Below are positions 1 through 11,917 of a stretch of DNA of 64,000 nt, in pieces. The first letter of the stretch is position 1. Each line of letters opens with the position of its first letter. The position numbers and the translations under genes are program-made. The notes beneath the pieces were generated by a model that did no database searches, was not told the origin of the DNA, and worked only from the letters and a program-made list of their open reading frames with translations. The DNA is from Myxococcota bacterium (lineage in GTDB: Bacteria; Myxococcota_A; UBA9042; PHBI01; JAWLBL01): contig JAWLBL010000024.1 in NCBI GenBank assembly GCA_041687695.1, positions 77,147 through 141,146 on the forward strand, in the 5' to 3' direction.

Positions 1-316
1 CTCCAGCTTGCTGGAGCCCCGGACCCGGCGGCTTGCCGCCGGGATCTGGCCGCCCACTCGGCGCAGCAAGCTGCGCCGGATGGGGGCTCCACCAAGGTGG
101 AGCACTCCGGTTGGGCTCTTGCGACACCCTCTGGAAGCCGGTCATCCCAGGGGGCGGAGGTCGGCGTTTGGAGTGCTCCAGCTTGCTGGAGCCCCGGACC
201 CGGCGGCTTGCCGCCGGGATCTGGCCGCCCACTCGGCGCAGCAAGCTGCGCCGGATGGGGGCTCCACCAAGGTGAAGCACTCCGGTTGGGCTCTTGCGAC
301 ACCCTCTGGAAGCCGG
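1..316. repeat. 175-bp tandem repeat of REP-like palindromes (about 1.8 copies visible; may extend left of the window)
   Basis: 1-141 recurs at 176-316 with one mismatch (100 vs 275). Each unit has four hairpins with CTTG/CAAG loops. Confidence 0.9.
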
Positions 317-334
317 CGATCCCCGGTTCCGGGG

Positions 335-985
335 CTAGCGGCGGGAGCGGCGCTTGGTCGGCTTCTTCTTGGGCTTGGGCTCCTCGGCGGGAGGGTCGGG
401 GGCGGCCTCGGCGGCGAGGGCCTCGGCGGCCTCGTCGTCGCCGAACGGCGCGGCGACCGTGGCGACGGGGCGCAGGTGGGGCGCCAGCTCGGTCAGCCGG
501 ACGCGCTCGTCCAGGGTCAGATCGGGCAGGTGCTCGACGAAGGCCGTGATCGCCCACAGGGCCTCGTCGGTGAGCAGGTGCCGGTACGCCGGCATCGCGC
601 TGTTGCGGACGCCGTGCTTGGCGATCCAGAACAGCTCGCCGGAGGGACGGGCGAGGGCGGCCTGGGCGAGGTCGGCAGCCGGGGGGCCCAGGCCCCGGGC
701 GAAGGGGGCGGCGGGGACGCCGGGCGCGCCGTGGCACTGGGCGCAGGTCTGGGCGTACAGCTCCATGCCGCGGGCGATGAGGGTCGGGTTCGACAGGGGC
801 ACCGGGGTGCCCTTGGGCGCGTGGTCCGCGGCGGTGCTCGACAAGGCCCAGGCGCCGAGGGTGCGCTCGAGCGGCAGGGGGCCGGCGGTGACGGAGGCGT
901 CGAGGGCGCCCAGCTTCGAGGCGACCAGGGGGACCGCCACCGTCAGGAGCACGCCCGCGACCAGGCCCAGGACGAAGCGCAACAT
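335..985 (-). CDS. Membrane-anchored monoheme c-type cytochrome
   Basis: N-terminal hydrophobic segment, CAQCH heme motif, downstream WIAKHGVRNSAMP with likely axial Met. Confidence 0.85.
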   Translation of the reverse strand: MLRFVLGLVAGVLLTVAVPLVASKLGALDASVTAGPLPLERTLGAWALSSTAADHAPKGTPVPLSNPTLIARGMELYAQTCAQCHGAPGVPAAPFARGLGPPAADLAQAALARPSGELFWIAKHGVRNSAMPAYRHLLTDEALWAITAFVEHLPDLTLDERVRLTELAPHLRPVATVAAPFGDDEAAEALAAEAAPDPPAEEPKPKKKPTKRRSRR

Positions 986-1072
986 GAGGGCCTCGGGGGC
1001 TGTCGGGGAGGGTGGGGGTGCACCCCTTCCAAGTGCCCGCCGAGGTTGGGCATTCCTGCGCCGCGCCGGGCC

Positions 1073-2008
1073 TCAGCCGGGGACCGGGAAGCGGTCGAGG
1101 TCGGTCAGCCGCGTGAGGATGGCCTGCCGCCCCAGCAGATCGGCGTAGGCCGGGGCCGCGCGGCCGCCGGCGAGGACCACGACCGCGCGCGGCAGGGCGG
1201 CCAGCAGCTGCTCGAGGGCTTCTCGCGTCTCGGGCGAGGGCGGGTTGACCAGCGACAACAGGACCAGCTCGGCGCGGGTGCGGGCGACCGCGCCGGCGAT
1301 CTCGGGCGGCGGCAGGTTCGGCCCCAGGTACACGACGCGCCAGCCGTTGGTGGTGGCGATCAGCGCGGCCATCAGGACGCCCAGCTCGTGCAGCTCGCCC
1401 GGCGGGGTCGTGGCGAGGGCGGCGGGGGCGCGCTCGACGACCGGCGCGCCGAGCAGGAGCGTGCCGAGGAAGGAGCGCAGGACGCCGGTGGCCGCGTGCT
1501 CGTTGGCGATGGACAGCTCGCCGCGCGCCCAGCGGTCGCCGATCTCCTGGGCGATGGGCGCGACGTGCTCGGTGACCAGCGTGCGAGGGTCGGTCCAGCC
1601 GAGCGCCTGCGACAGCGCCTCCTCGGCCTGGCGCAGGTCGAGGGCCTCGATGGCCGCGACGAAGCGGCCGCGGAACCCCTCGAGATCGGCGGCGGCGCCC
1701 GGGCGGTGGTCCGTCAGCAGGGCTTCGAGGTCGGCCAGGGGCAGGCAAGCGATGGCGGGCAGGGCGTGGCCCCGGTCCGACAGCGCCTTGACCAGCCGCA
1801 GGCGGGCGACGTCCTCCTCGCCGTACAGACGCTCGCCGGCCGGTGTCCGCGCGGGCGTGACCACGGCGTAGCGGCGCTCCCAGGCGCGCAGGGCGTGGGC
1901 GCTGACGCCGGTGAGGCGGGCCACGGCGCCGATGCGGTAGGTGACCGGGGCGGCGGGCGCGCGCGCGGTCGGGGGCGGGGGGCCGGGCAGGCGCGTGGGT
2001 GGGGGCAC
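1073..2008 (-). CDS. carH: MerR-family cobalamin-binding photoreceptor/repressor (CarH/CarA type)
   Basis: MerR HTH (YRIGAVARLTGV..LRAWERRY), W-x9-EH motif (WARGELSIANEH), B12 ExHxxG motif (ELHELG); last gene of the crt operon. Confidence 0.88.
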   Translation of the reverse strand: MPPPTRLPGPPPPTARAPAAPVTYRIGAVARLTGVSAHALRAWERRYAVVTPARTPAGERLYGEEDVARLRLVKALSDRGHALPAIACLPLADLEALLTDHRPGAAADLEGFRGRFVAAIEALDLRQAEEALSQALGWTDPRTLVTEHVAPIAQEIGDRWARGELSIANEHAATGVLRSFLGTLLLGAPVVERAPAALATTPPGELHELGVLMAALIATTNGWRVVYLGPNLPPPEIAGAVARTRAELVLLSLVNPPSPETREALEQLLAALPRAVVVLAGGRAAPAYADLLGRQAILTRLTDLDRFPVPG

Positions 2009-2018
2009 GGGGGCTCCT

Positions 2019-3158
2019 TCAGCGCGCGGCGGGCGCGGGCAGGCGGCGGCCGCGCCAGGCGACCGGGGCGCGGCGGGCCCGGTCGAGCAGCGCGAGCAGG
2101 GTGACGGCCACGAAGAGCGCGACGAAGAGCGGGTAGGCGAGGGCGCCCCAGGCCGGCAGGCGCCCGACGTGGGGCTGGCGGCGGGCGATCTCGGCGGCGG
2201 TGAGCAGGTAGGTGGTCAGGCCGAGCAGCGCCGGGGCGAGGGCGCCGGCGGCCAGGGCCTGCGCCGCGAAGAGCGGCACGCCGAGCAGCCAGCCGACGAG
2301 GACCACCATCTCGACGACGCCGCCGGGGCCGGCCGAGGCCAGGCCCTCGCGGAAGTTGCGGCGCCAGCCGCGGAGGAAGGCGCCGAGGCCCTCGGGGTAC
2401 ATGCGGACGGCGAGCAGGCCGGGGGCGTGCAGGAGGGAGAAGCCCAGGCCGGCCTCGGCGACGAGGCGGGCGAAGGCCAGATCCTCGGCGACCCGGTGGG
2501 CGACCGCGGGGTGGCCGCCGACGCGCTCGTAGGCGGCGCGCGTGAAGAGCAGGTACTGGCCGATGGAGAAGCGGCGCTCGCCGCGGGCGCGGGAGGGGGG
2601 CAGGCCGGCGCCCGAGGCCAGCAGCAGGAGGAGCTGGAAGACGCCCTGCAGGCGCTCCCACCAGGCGATGACGACGTGGGTGGGGACGACCGAGAGCAGG
2701 CCCGCGTCGTCGCGCCGCAGCTGGGCGACCGCCTGGCCGAGCGAGTCGCGGGCGTGGGCGGTGTCGGCGTCAGTGAACAGGAGCAGATCGCCGGTGGCCG
2801 CCTGGGCGCCCGCGTGGCAGGCCCAGGGCTTGCCGAGCCAGCCGGCGGGCAGGGGCGGCGGCGTGACGACGCGGACGCCGGCCTTGCGGGCCAGCTCGCC
2901 GGTGCCGTCGGTCGAGTGGTCGTCGACGACGATGACCTCGCAGGGCGCTGGGTCGAGGCGGGCCACCGAGGCGAGCAGGCGCGGCAGGTTGTGGGCCTCG
3001 TCGCGGGCGGGGACGATGATCGACACCCTCGGCCAGGGTTCGGGGCGGGCCGTCGGGGCCGGGGTCGGCCGGCCGAACAGGCGCCCGAGGCGCACCGACC
3101 AGAGGGCGAAGCCCAGGACGGCGAAGGCGAGCGGGACCAGGGCGGTGGCGAGACTCAT
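2019..3158 (-). CDS. GT2 glycosyltransferase, carotenoid glucosyltransferase-like (CruC/CrtQ type)
   Basis: VSIIVPARDE, VVDDHSTD, GWLGKPWAC, FTDAD and AEDL motifs. ATG at 3158 overlaps the upstream TGA. Confidence 0.85.
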   Translation of the reverse strand: MSLATALVPLAFAVLGFALWSVRLGRLFGRPTPAPTARPEPWPRVSIIVPARDEAHNLPRLLASVARLDPAPCEVIVVDDHSTDGTGELARKAGVRVVTPPPLPAGWLGKPWACHAGAQAATGDLLLFTDADTAHARDSLGQAVAQLRRDDAGLLSVVPTHVVIAWWERLQGVFQLLLLLASGAGLPPSRARGERRFSIGQYLLFTRAAYERVGGHPAVAHRVAEDLAFARLVAEAGLGFSLLHAPGLLAVRMYPEGLGAFLRGWRRNFREGLASAGPGGVVEMVVLVGWLLGVPLFAAQALAAGALAPALLGLTTYLLTAAEIARRQPHVGRLPAWGALAYPLFVALFVAVTLLALLDRARRAPVAWRGRRLPAPAAR

Positions 3159-3728
3159 CACGCCCCGTCCCCGGTGAGCAGCGCCACGGTGCGGTCGACG
3201 CCGGGGTAGCCCTGCAGATAGAAGCGCCACCAGCCGAGCATCATGACGCCGTGGCCGATCATGATGAAGACGTGGCTCCACATCTCGACGCGGTCGGCCT
3301 TGTCGGCGAGGTAGCGGCGCCAGTGGAAGACCTCGTCGACCAGGCTGTAGACGAACGAGAGCGCGGTCATCACGGCGGCCGGGACGGCGGCGGCCGGAGC
3401 GTCGTGGGCGAGGCAGAGCAGGACGCAGCTGGAGACGCCGCAGAAGATGGTGATGTGGTGGACCAGGGCCTCGCCGCCGGCCAGGGCCTGCTTGTAGATG
3501 GTGCGGTGGCCGATGGTGTCGACGGCGATGGCCAGCGCGAAGACGGCGGCGCCGAGGGGGACGAGCCAGGCGTCGTCGGGCCAGGTGACGCCGTGGGCGT
3601 CGCCGAGGAGCAGGAAGCCGCCGGTCGAGCCGACCAGGCCCAGCATCAGGCCGACCCAGGCGAGGTAGACCAGCCAGTCGGCGCGGTCGAACTGGCGGAC
3701 CCGCCCGACGTAGACCAGCAGCTCGGCC

Positions 3729-3739
<11 letters not shown>
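3158..3739 (-). CDS. Unknown multi-TM His/acid-rich membrane protein in the crt operon (no canonical start codon at the expected position)
   Basis: Protein-like frame from TTFWAELL to TGDGA with several hydrophobic helices and DTIGH, EALVHH, DEVFH, EMWSH motifs; stop coupled to the GT start. Confidence 0.75.
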
Positions 3740-6302
<2,563 letters not shown>

Positions 6303-6310
<8 letters not shown>

Positions 6311-7349
6311 AGCTGGCCTCCAGGCGGGCGATCTCGCGGCGGAGCGGGTCGAGGGCGGCCGGGGCGCCGTCGCGGGCGACGGCGTCGGCGAGGGTGGCGA
6401 AGGTGGTCGAGAGCCGGGCGCGGACGTCGGCGCGGCCGGTGGCCTGGACGCGGGCGGCGAGGGTGTCGGCCAGGGCGTCGCGGTCGGGGGGCGAGGTGGC
6501 GGCGGCGCGGGCCTGGCGCTGCAGGCGCGCCCAGGTGACGTCGTCGGCGGCGCGGGCGAGCCAGGCCCAGGGCCAGGTGGGGCGGCCCTGGGCGAGGTCC
6601 TCGCGGCCCTTGTCGCGGCGGGAGGGCGCGGTGAGGCCGCCGAGGTCGTCGAGCATCTGCAGGGCGACGCCGAGGTCGCGGCCGGCGGTGGCGAGGGCGG
6701 CGACCAGCGCGGGGGGGGCGCCAGCGGCGAGGGCGCCGAGCTGGGCGGCGAGGGCCATGAGGGCGCCGGTCTTGAGGGCGGTGGTGGCGGCGACGACCGC
6801 GGGGACGTCGGCGCGGTCGAGGTCGAAGACGCGCGTGGCGAGATCGAGGGCCTGGCCGCGGTGGCAGTCGGCGAGGGTGCGGGCGACGCGGGGCAGGAGG
6901 GTGGCGGCGGCGGCGGGGGGCAGGGGGGCCTCGCCGAGCAGCTCGAGGGCGCGGAAGTACATCCAGCCGCCGGTGTTGACCGCGAGGGGGGCGCCGACGA
7001 GCAGGTGGAGGGCGGGGGCGCCGCGGCGGGTGGCCGAGTCGTCCTGGACGTCGTCGACGATGAGCGAGCCGGCGTGGAGCAGCTCGATGGCGGCGCCGAG
7101 CGCGGGCGGCGGGCCGGCGGGGGCGCCGCCGGACAGGGCCCAGCCGGCCTCGACCAGGCGCGCGCGGAAGGCCTTGCCGGGGCGGGCGAGGAAGGCGCGG
7201 GCGGGGCCATGGAGGGCGCGCTCCCAGACGGCGGCGGGGACGCCGTCGGCGCCGGCGGCGGCCAGGAGGTCGGCCAGCGCGGCGTCGGCCAGGGGCGTGT
7301 CGGGGGCGGGCGGGTCGACGTGGGCGGGGTCGAGGCGTGGGATCACCAT
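6303..7349 (-). CDS. crtE: Polyprenyl (GGPP) synthase
   Basis: PGKAFR, ELLHAGSLIVDDVQD..RRG, GQALD, KTG and QMLDD motifs; crt operon context. Confidence 0.88.
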
Positions 7350-8506
7350 CGGCGGGGGACCTCCGGGCCGGCGAGGGCCGCGCGCCAGTCGAGGCCGCGC
7401 GGGGGGCGGCCGACCAGCATCCGGGCGCGGTCGAGCGCGGTGAGCTCGAGGGCGTAGAAGCGGCGGATGAGGGGCTCGGGGTGGGTGTAGAAGCGCTCGA
7501 GGACGTTGTAGCGGTCCTTGGGGGCGAACCACTTGAAGAGCATCCAGTTCAGGCGGTGGGCGAAGGCGCGCTGGCGGCGGTGCTCGGCGACGAAGGCCGC
7601 GAGGGTGGGGCCGAAGAGGGCCTCGGGCGCGCTCGCGGCGACGAGCAGGGCGAGGCGGACGGCGATGGGGAACGAGTAGCCCGAGACCGGGTGAAAGAAG
7701 CCGCCGCGGTAGCCGGCGCGCAGCGGGCCCTCGGTGGGGCTGGGCACGTCGCCGTCCCAGGGCAGGGGCAGGACGCCGTGCTCCTCGCGGACGGTCCCGG
7801 TGACCTCCCAGCCCTGGCGAGCGGCGTAGGCCAGGACCTCGTCGTGCAGGGCCTCGCGGTCGAGCAGCGGCGAGTCGGAAAAGCGCGTGTCCTCGATGAG
7901 CAGGCGGTCGGGGGCGAGGGGGAGCGTGTAGACGAAGCGGTAGCCGTCGTCCTGGGGGACGGTGGCGTCCATGAGCAGCGGGCGCTCGCGGTCGTGCGGG
8001 CGCGCGAGCCGGACCTCGAGGCCGACGAACTTCTGGTAGCCGCAGCGGGGCTCGTGGCCGGCCTCGGCGCCGTGGTCGGGGCCCCGGGCGTCCACGACGA
8101 CCTGCGCCGACAGGACGCGGCCGTCGGCGAGGCGGACCTCGTGGGCCTCGATCGCGACCGCCTCGGCGCCGGTGAGCAGGTGGGCGGCGGGCGCGGCGGC
8201 GAGCCGGCCCTCGAGCGCCGTGGCGAAACGCCCGCTCGTGACCGCGGAGTAGGTCGCGCCCAGCCGGCGGTGCGACGATGGAAAGACGACGTCATACCCG
8301 GACCAGCGATGCACGACGAGCGGCTCGACGAAGCGCCGCGCCCCGTCCGGGACGTCATCCTCGTGAAAGCACCAGGTGTGGTTGCCCCCGACGCGCGGTC
8401 CTCGCTCGACGATGGCCAAGCGGAGGGCGGGGCGCCGGTCCAGCAGCGCCAGCGCAATGAGGCCGCTCTGCAGGCCGCCACCGACGAGGACGTAGTCGAA
8501 CTCCAA
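7343..8506 (-). CDS. crtY: Lycopene beta-cyclase, CrtY type
   Basis: VGGGL, GGNHTWCFH, YQKFVGLE, LMDATVPQDDGYRFVYTLP, IEDTRFSD, FHPVSGYSFP. TTG start preceded by GGAGG. Confidence 0.93.
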   Translation of the reverse strand: MEFDYVLVGGGLQSGLIALALLDRRPALRLAIVERGPRVGGNHTWCFHEDDVPDGARRFVEPLVVHRWSGYDVVFPSSHRRLGATYSAVTSGRFATALEGRLAAAPAAHLLTGAEAVAIEAHEVRLADGRVLSAQVVVDARGPDHGAEAGHEPRCGYQKFVGLEVRLARPHDRERPLLMDATVPQDDGYRFVYTLPLAPDRLLIEDTRFSDSPLLDREALHDEVLAYAARQGWEVTGTVREEHGVLPLPWDGDVPSPTEGPLRAGYRGGFFHPVSGYSFPIAVRLALLVAASAPEALFGPTLAAFVAEHRRQRAFAHRLNWMLFKWFAPKDRYNVLERFYTHPEPLIRRFYALELTALDRARMLVGRPPRGLDWRAALAGPEVPRRW

Positions 8507-8523
8507 GGGGACCTCCGCGGGAG

Positions 8524-8567
8524 TGGTTTAGGGTTCGTCTATGTATCGTCTAGTCTACGTCGAGGTG
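8524..8567 (-). promoter_or_regulatory. Putative CarH operator: four tandem 11-bp direct repeats
   Basis: Minus-strand TCGACG, TAGACG, TAGACG, TAAACC start at 8563, 8552, 8541, 8530 (exact 11-bp phase) in an AT-richer patch upstream of crtY. Confidence 0.75.
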
Positions 8568-8663
8568 CAACCGGGGGGACCGATTGTGACGGCGGCCGGC
8601 GCTTGGCTGCGGCGTCGGCGGCGCTTAACTCGTCGGGAACGCTGCTGTTCGGGAGGTCGAGCG

Positions 8664-9662
8664 ATGACTGGAGACGACGCGACGGGGCTGCCGATGGATG
8701 AGATCGGCCCGGTCCTGCTGGCGGGAGCGACCGGCTTCGTCGGACGACATCTGCGGCCCGCGCTGGCCGCGCGTGGCGTCCAGGTCCGGTGCGCCAGCCG
8801 CACGCCCGAGCGGCACCGGCGGGACGAGGGCGACTGCGAGTGGGTTCGACTGGACGTAGACGATCCTTCGACGATGCCTGCGGCTCTCGAGGGGGCGCGC
8901 GCGGCGGTGTGGCTGGTCCACGAGATGGCCAACGGACGCGACTACGGCGCGCGCGAGCGGACCTCGGCGGCGGCCTTCGCGGCGGCGGCGGCCCGGACGG
9001 GCGTCGAGCGGATCGTCTATCTGGGCGGGATCGCGCCCGCCGGGACGCCCTCGCGGCATCTCGAGAGCCGCTTGGCGACGGGCGCGGTGCTGCGCGGCGG
9101 GAACGTGCCGTGCTTCGAGCTGCGGGCGTCGATGATCATCGGCGCGGGCAGCGCCAGCTGGCGGATCGTCTCCGATCTCGCCTCGCGGCTGCCTGCGATG
9201 ATCCTGCCGCGCTGGCTGGCCTCGCGGACCCAGCCCATCGCCATCGACGACGTGGTCGTCGCCATGTGCTGGGCGCTCGAGGCCCCGCTGGCGCTCGCGG
9301 GGGTGCACGACGTGCCCGGCCCCGAGATCCTCAGCGGGCGCGACATCCTGCTGCGGGTCGCCGGGCTGCTGGGCGCCCGCCCTTGGACCGTCTCGTTGCC
9401 CGTCCTGTCGCCGCGGCTGTCGAGCTACTGGCTCAAGCTGGTCAGCGGGGCCGACTACGAGATCGCGCGCGAGCTCGTCCTTGGACTCGAGCACGATATC
9501 CTGGCGCAGGACGAGGGGGTGTGGGCGCATCTCCCCGACCACCGCCGCCTGTCCTTCGACGAGGCCGCCCGTCGGGCGCTGGCCGACGACCGCGAGGAGA
9601 AGCCATGGAAGACGCTCAGGCTGGAGGCGCTCGCGCGGCGACTCGCACGCCGGCCGGCCTGA
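8664..9662 (+). CDS. NAD(P)-binding atypical SDR/epimerase (YbjT-like)
   Basis: VLLAGATGFVG, RIVYLGG, SRHLESR, TQPIAIDDV; GGAGG RBS. Confidence 0.85.
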   Translation: MTGDDATGLPMDEIGPVLLAGATGFVGRHLRPALAARGVQVRCASRTPERHRRDEGDCEWVRLDVDDPSTMPAALEGARAAVWLVHEMANGRDYGARERTSAAAFAAAAARTGVERIVYLGGIAPAGTPSRHLESRLATGAVLRGGNVPCFELRASMIIGAGSASWRIVSDLASRLPAMILPRWLASRTQPIAIDDVVVAMCWALEAPLALAGVHDVPGPEILSGRDILLRVAGLLGARPWTVSLPVLSPRLSSYWLKLVSGADYEIARELVLGLEHDILAQDEGVWAHLPDHRRLSFDEAARRALADDREEKPWKTLRLEALARRLARRPA

Positions 9663-10384
9663 CCGGCGCCGCGCCCCCGCCGGGCGCGGTCGCCTTCCTC
9701 GGCAGCTGGGTGGCCGTCGGCGGCTGGCTGGTGGTCGGCGCGCTGTTCGGCGGCTCACCGCTCAGCGTCGCGCCCGAGGTGGGGCTGTACCTGTCGCTCG
9801 GGGTGTACGGGCTGATCGTCGTCCCGCTCCTCGCCGCCACGGCCGGGCCCACCCTGCGCGCGTTCCTGACCGTCACGCCGGCGGCCGTCGTCGTCGGCGT
9901 CCTGGCCGGGGGGCTCATGGCGGCGGCGACGCTCGTCGTCTACCCCGTGGCGGTGGCCCTCTTCCCCGGTGTCCGCGAGGTGGTCTCGGATCTGTACGCC
10001 TCGGCGGCCATCGGCCCGCCGGCCCCGGTACGGCTGGCGCTGCTCGTCGTCATCATCGCGGCCGAGGAGGTCCTGTGGCGTGGCGTCCTGCTGACCGGGC
10101 TGCGCGTCCGCTTCGGGCGGCGCGCCGCGGTGGTCATCGCGGCCGTGACCTACGGGTTGGCCCAGCTCGGCACCGGCTCGTTCGCCCTGTTCGCCCTGGC
10201 CGTCGCCTGCGGCGTCATCTGGGGCGCGCAGCGCCTGTGGCACGGCTCGCTGGTCGTGCCGTTCCTGACGCACCTCGTCTGGGATGTGGCGCTCCTCGTC
10301 GTCATGCCCGTCGAGTCGCCCGCTCCCTTCGCGGCCGCCGCGGCCGCCGCCGTCGGGGCTGGATCAGCGGTCGTATGTGCCTAA
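9605..10384 (+). CDS. CPBP (Abi/CAAX) intramembrane glutamic protease (start uncertain)
   Basis: Multi-TM with EEVLWRG and HLVWD motifs; ATG 9605 preceded by GAGGAG. Confidence 0.78.
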   Translation: MEDAQAGGARAATRTPAGLTGAAPPPGAVAFLGSWVAVGGWLVVGALFGGSPLSVAPEVGLYLSLGVYGLIVVPLLAATAGPTLRAFLTVTPAAVVVGVLAGGLMAAATLVVYPVAVALFPGVREVVSDLYASAAIGPPAPVRLALLVVIIAAEEVLWRGVLLTGLRVRFGRRAAVVIAAVTYGLAQLGTGSFALFALAVACGVIWGAQRLWHGSLVVPFLTHLVWDVALLVVMPVESPAPFAAAAAAAVGAGSAVVCA

Positions 10385-10491
10385 GATAGCGAAAGAAAAG
10401 GACACAGGCTGGAACGGCCGGCACCGGCGCCCTCTCTGGGCTCCTGCCGCGGAGCCGGCCCAGCGACGACGACCGCGGAGGGCAACACCTC

Positions 10492-10725
10492 ATGGAGATC
10501 ACCGCCATCATCGGCCTCGTGACGTTCATCGCCCTCCTGGTGATCGGCCTCGCCTTCAGGTCGCTGCGCGAGACGGTCGGCATCATCGCGATCGGCGCGG
10601 GCGTCGTCTTCGCGCTCACCACCATGGGCGCCATCTTCGCCATCCCCATGCTGCTGCTCGGCGGCGCGCTGCTGTGGGTCGAGTTCCGCAGGAAGCGCGG
10701 CGACCGCGAGCGCCAGCCGGCGTGA
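10492..10725 (+). CDS. Small hydrophobic membrane protein
   Basis: 77 aa, about 3 TM helices, basic C-tail, GGAGG upstream, typical codon bias. Confidence 0.75.
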   Translation: MEITAIIGLVTFIALLVIGLAFRSLRETVGIIAIGAGVVFALTTMGAIFAIPMLLLGGALLWVEFRRKRGDRERQPA

Positions 10726-10744
10726 CGACGGCGACTTGGGAGCC

Positions 10745-11464
10745 ATGATGGCCGGCGACTCGACCAACATCGTGCCCCTGCGGGTCCCCGATCGCGTCAG
10801 CGCGGTCGCCTCGCCGGCGCTCCGGCGCCGGGCCTGGGCTCGCGTCGCGCGCCTCGGCCTGTCCGCCGCCCTCGGGCGCGCCCGACAGTCCGCCGGCCTG
10901 TACCTGCTCGAGCTGCTCACGGGCTTCGGCAGGGGCGGCCCCGTCGTCCGCGGCGCTGCGAGCACGCCGGTCCACTTCCGCAGCACGGTCACGGTCGAAC
11001 GCTCGCCTCGGGTGGCCTACCGCTTCTGGCGGGATCTCGCCAACCTGCCGCGCTTCATGCAGCACATCGCGAGCGTCGAGGACCTCGGCGGAGGTCGCAG
11101 CCGCTGGACGGCGCGGACGGGCCCGGGGCAGCGCCGGCTCAGCTGGGAGGCCGAGCTGGCCACCGACCGCCCCGGGCGCTGTATCGCCTGGCGCTCCGTC
11201 CCCGGCGCCCCGCTGCACCACGCCGGCCGCGTCAGCTTCGCGGAGGCTCCCGGGCCCCACGGCTGCGAGGTCACCCTGGAGCTGGATCTCCGCCCCGCCG
11301 GCGCTGGCGTCGCCCTGGCCCTGGGCCTGTTCCACCCGGTCGTCGGCCGCGAGCTCGAGGAGGAGCTGCGGCGCTTCAAACAGCTCCTCGAGGCGGGCGA
11401 GGCCGCCACCGCCCCGGGGCAACCGTTCGCTCGCGGCGACGGCGCGCGCGCCCCCGAGGCTTGA
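10745..11464 (+). CDS. SRPBCC (polyketide cyclase-like) family protein
   Basis: YRFWRDLANLPRFMQHIASV..SRWTA..WEAE..IAWRS and ELRRFKQLLEAGE. Confidence 0.85.
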   Translation: MMAGDSTNIVPLRVPDRVSAVASPALRRRAWARVARLGLSAALGRARQSAGLYLLELLTGFGRGGPVVRGAASTPVHFRSTVTVERSPRVAYRFWRDLANLPRFMQHIASVEDLGGGRSRWTARTGPGQRRLSWEAELATDRPGRCIAWRSVPGAPLHHAGRVSFAEAPGPHGCEVTLELDLRPAGAGVALALGLFHPVVGRELEEELRRFKQLLEAGEAATAPGQPFARGDGARAPEA

Positions 11465-11917
11465 GCCCGCCGTCCGCCCTGCTCCCTGACAACTTTCTCC
11501 TCCACGGCGCACGCCAGCCCTGCGCCGACGTCACCGTCCGTCCCCAAAGGCACCCGCGACCGGACTCTGCGGGGGTCGCAGAGAGAGGGGGAGGGTGAGG
11601 GTGGGGCGGCCTGGGCCTCGCGCTCGGGCCGCCCCACCCGAACCTGACCGCCGCTCGCCGCGACCTCCGCGCTCGAGACGTTCAGCCATCGGCGGGGAGC
11701 CGTGGAGGGGGGAGTCCGCGAGGCGGGGTGGGCCCTCTCCGGAGGCCCGCCCCGCCTCGTCGACTTTCGCCCGCCGCGTCGATCTTCGACCGAGCCGTGG
11801 CGGCGTTCGTGGCCGAAGCGGCGCGGTGGCGCCGGCGACCGGGGCCATGGAGCGGGCCGCGGACCGGGTTACGATGGTGCTCCCACCTCCCGCAGCCCCT
11901 CCCGCCAGGCTCCCGCC

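Noticed and set aside
1..316. CRISPR array or coding repeat (ORFs 8..2104, 33..275)
   Set aside because: The whole unit is duplicated with no unique spacers, the 175-bp period is not a multiple of 3, and the translations are not protein-like.
10410..10440. ECF-type promoter (GGAAC...) upstream of the 77-aa gene
   Set aside because: The -10 element is not convincing and a short motif alone is insufficient.
11696..11745. Group II intron domain V
   Set aside because: The GAGCCGT start is suggestive, but the rest does not form the conserved DV hairpin and there is no intron-encoded protein.
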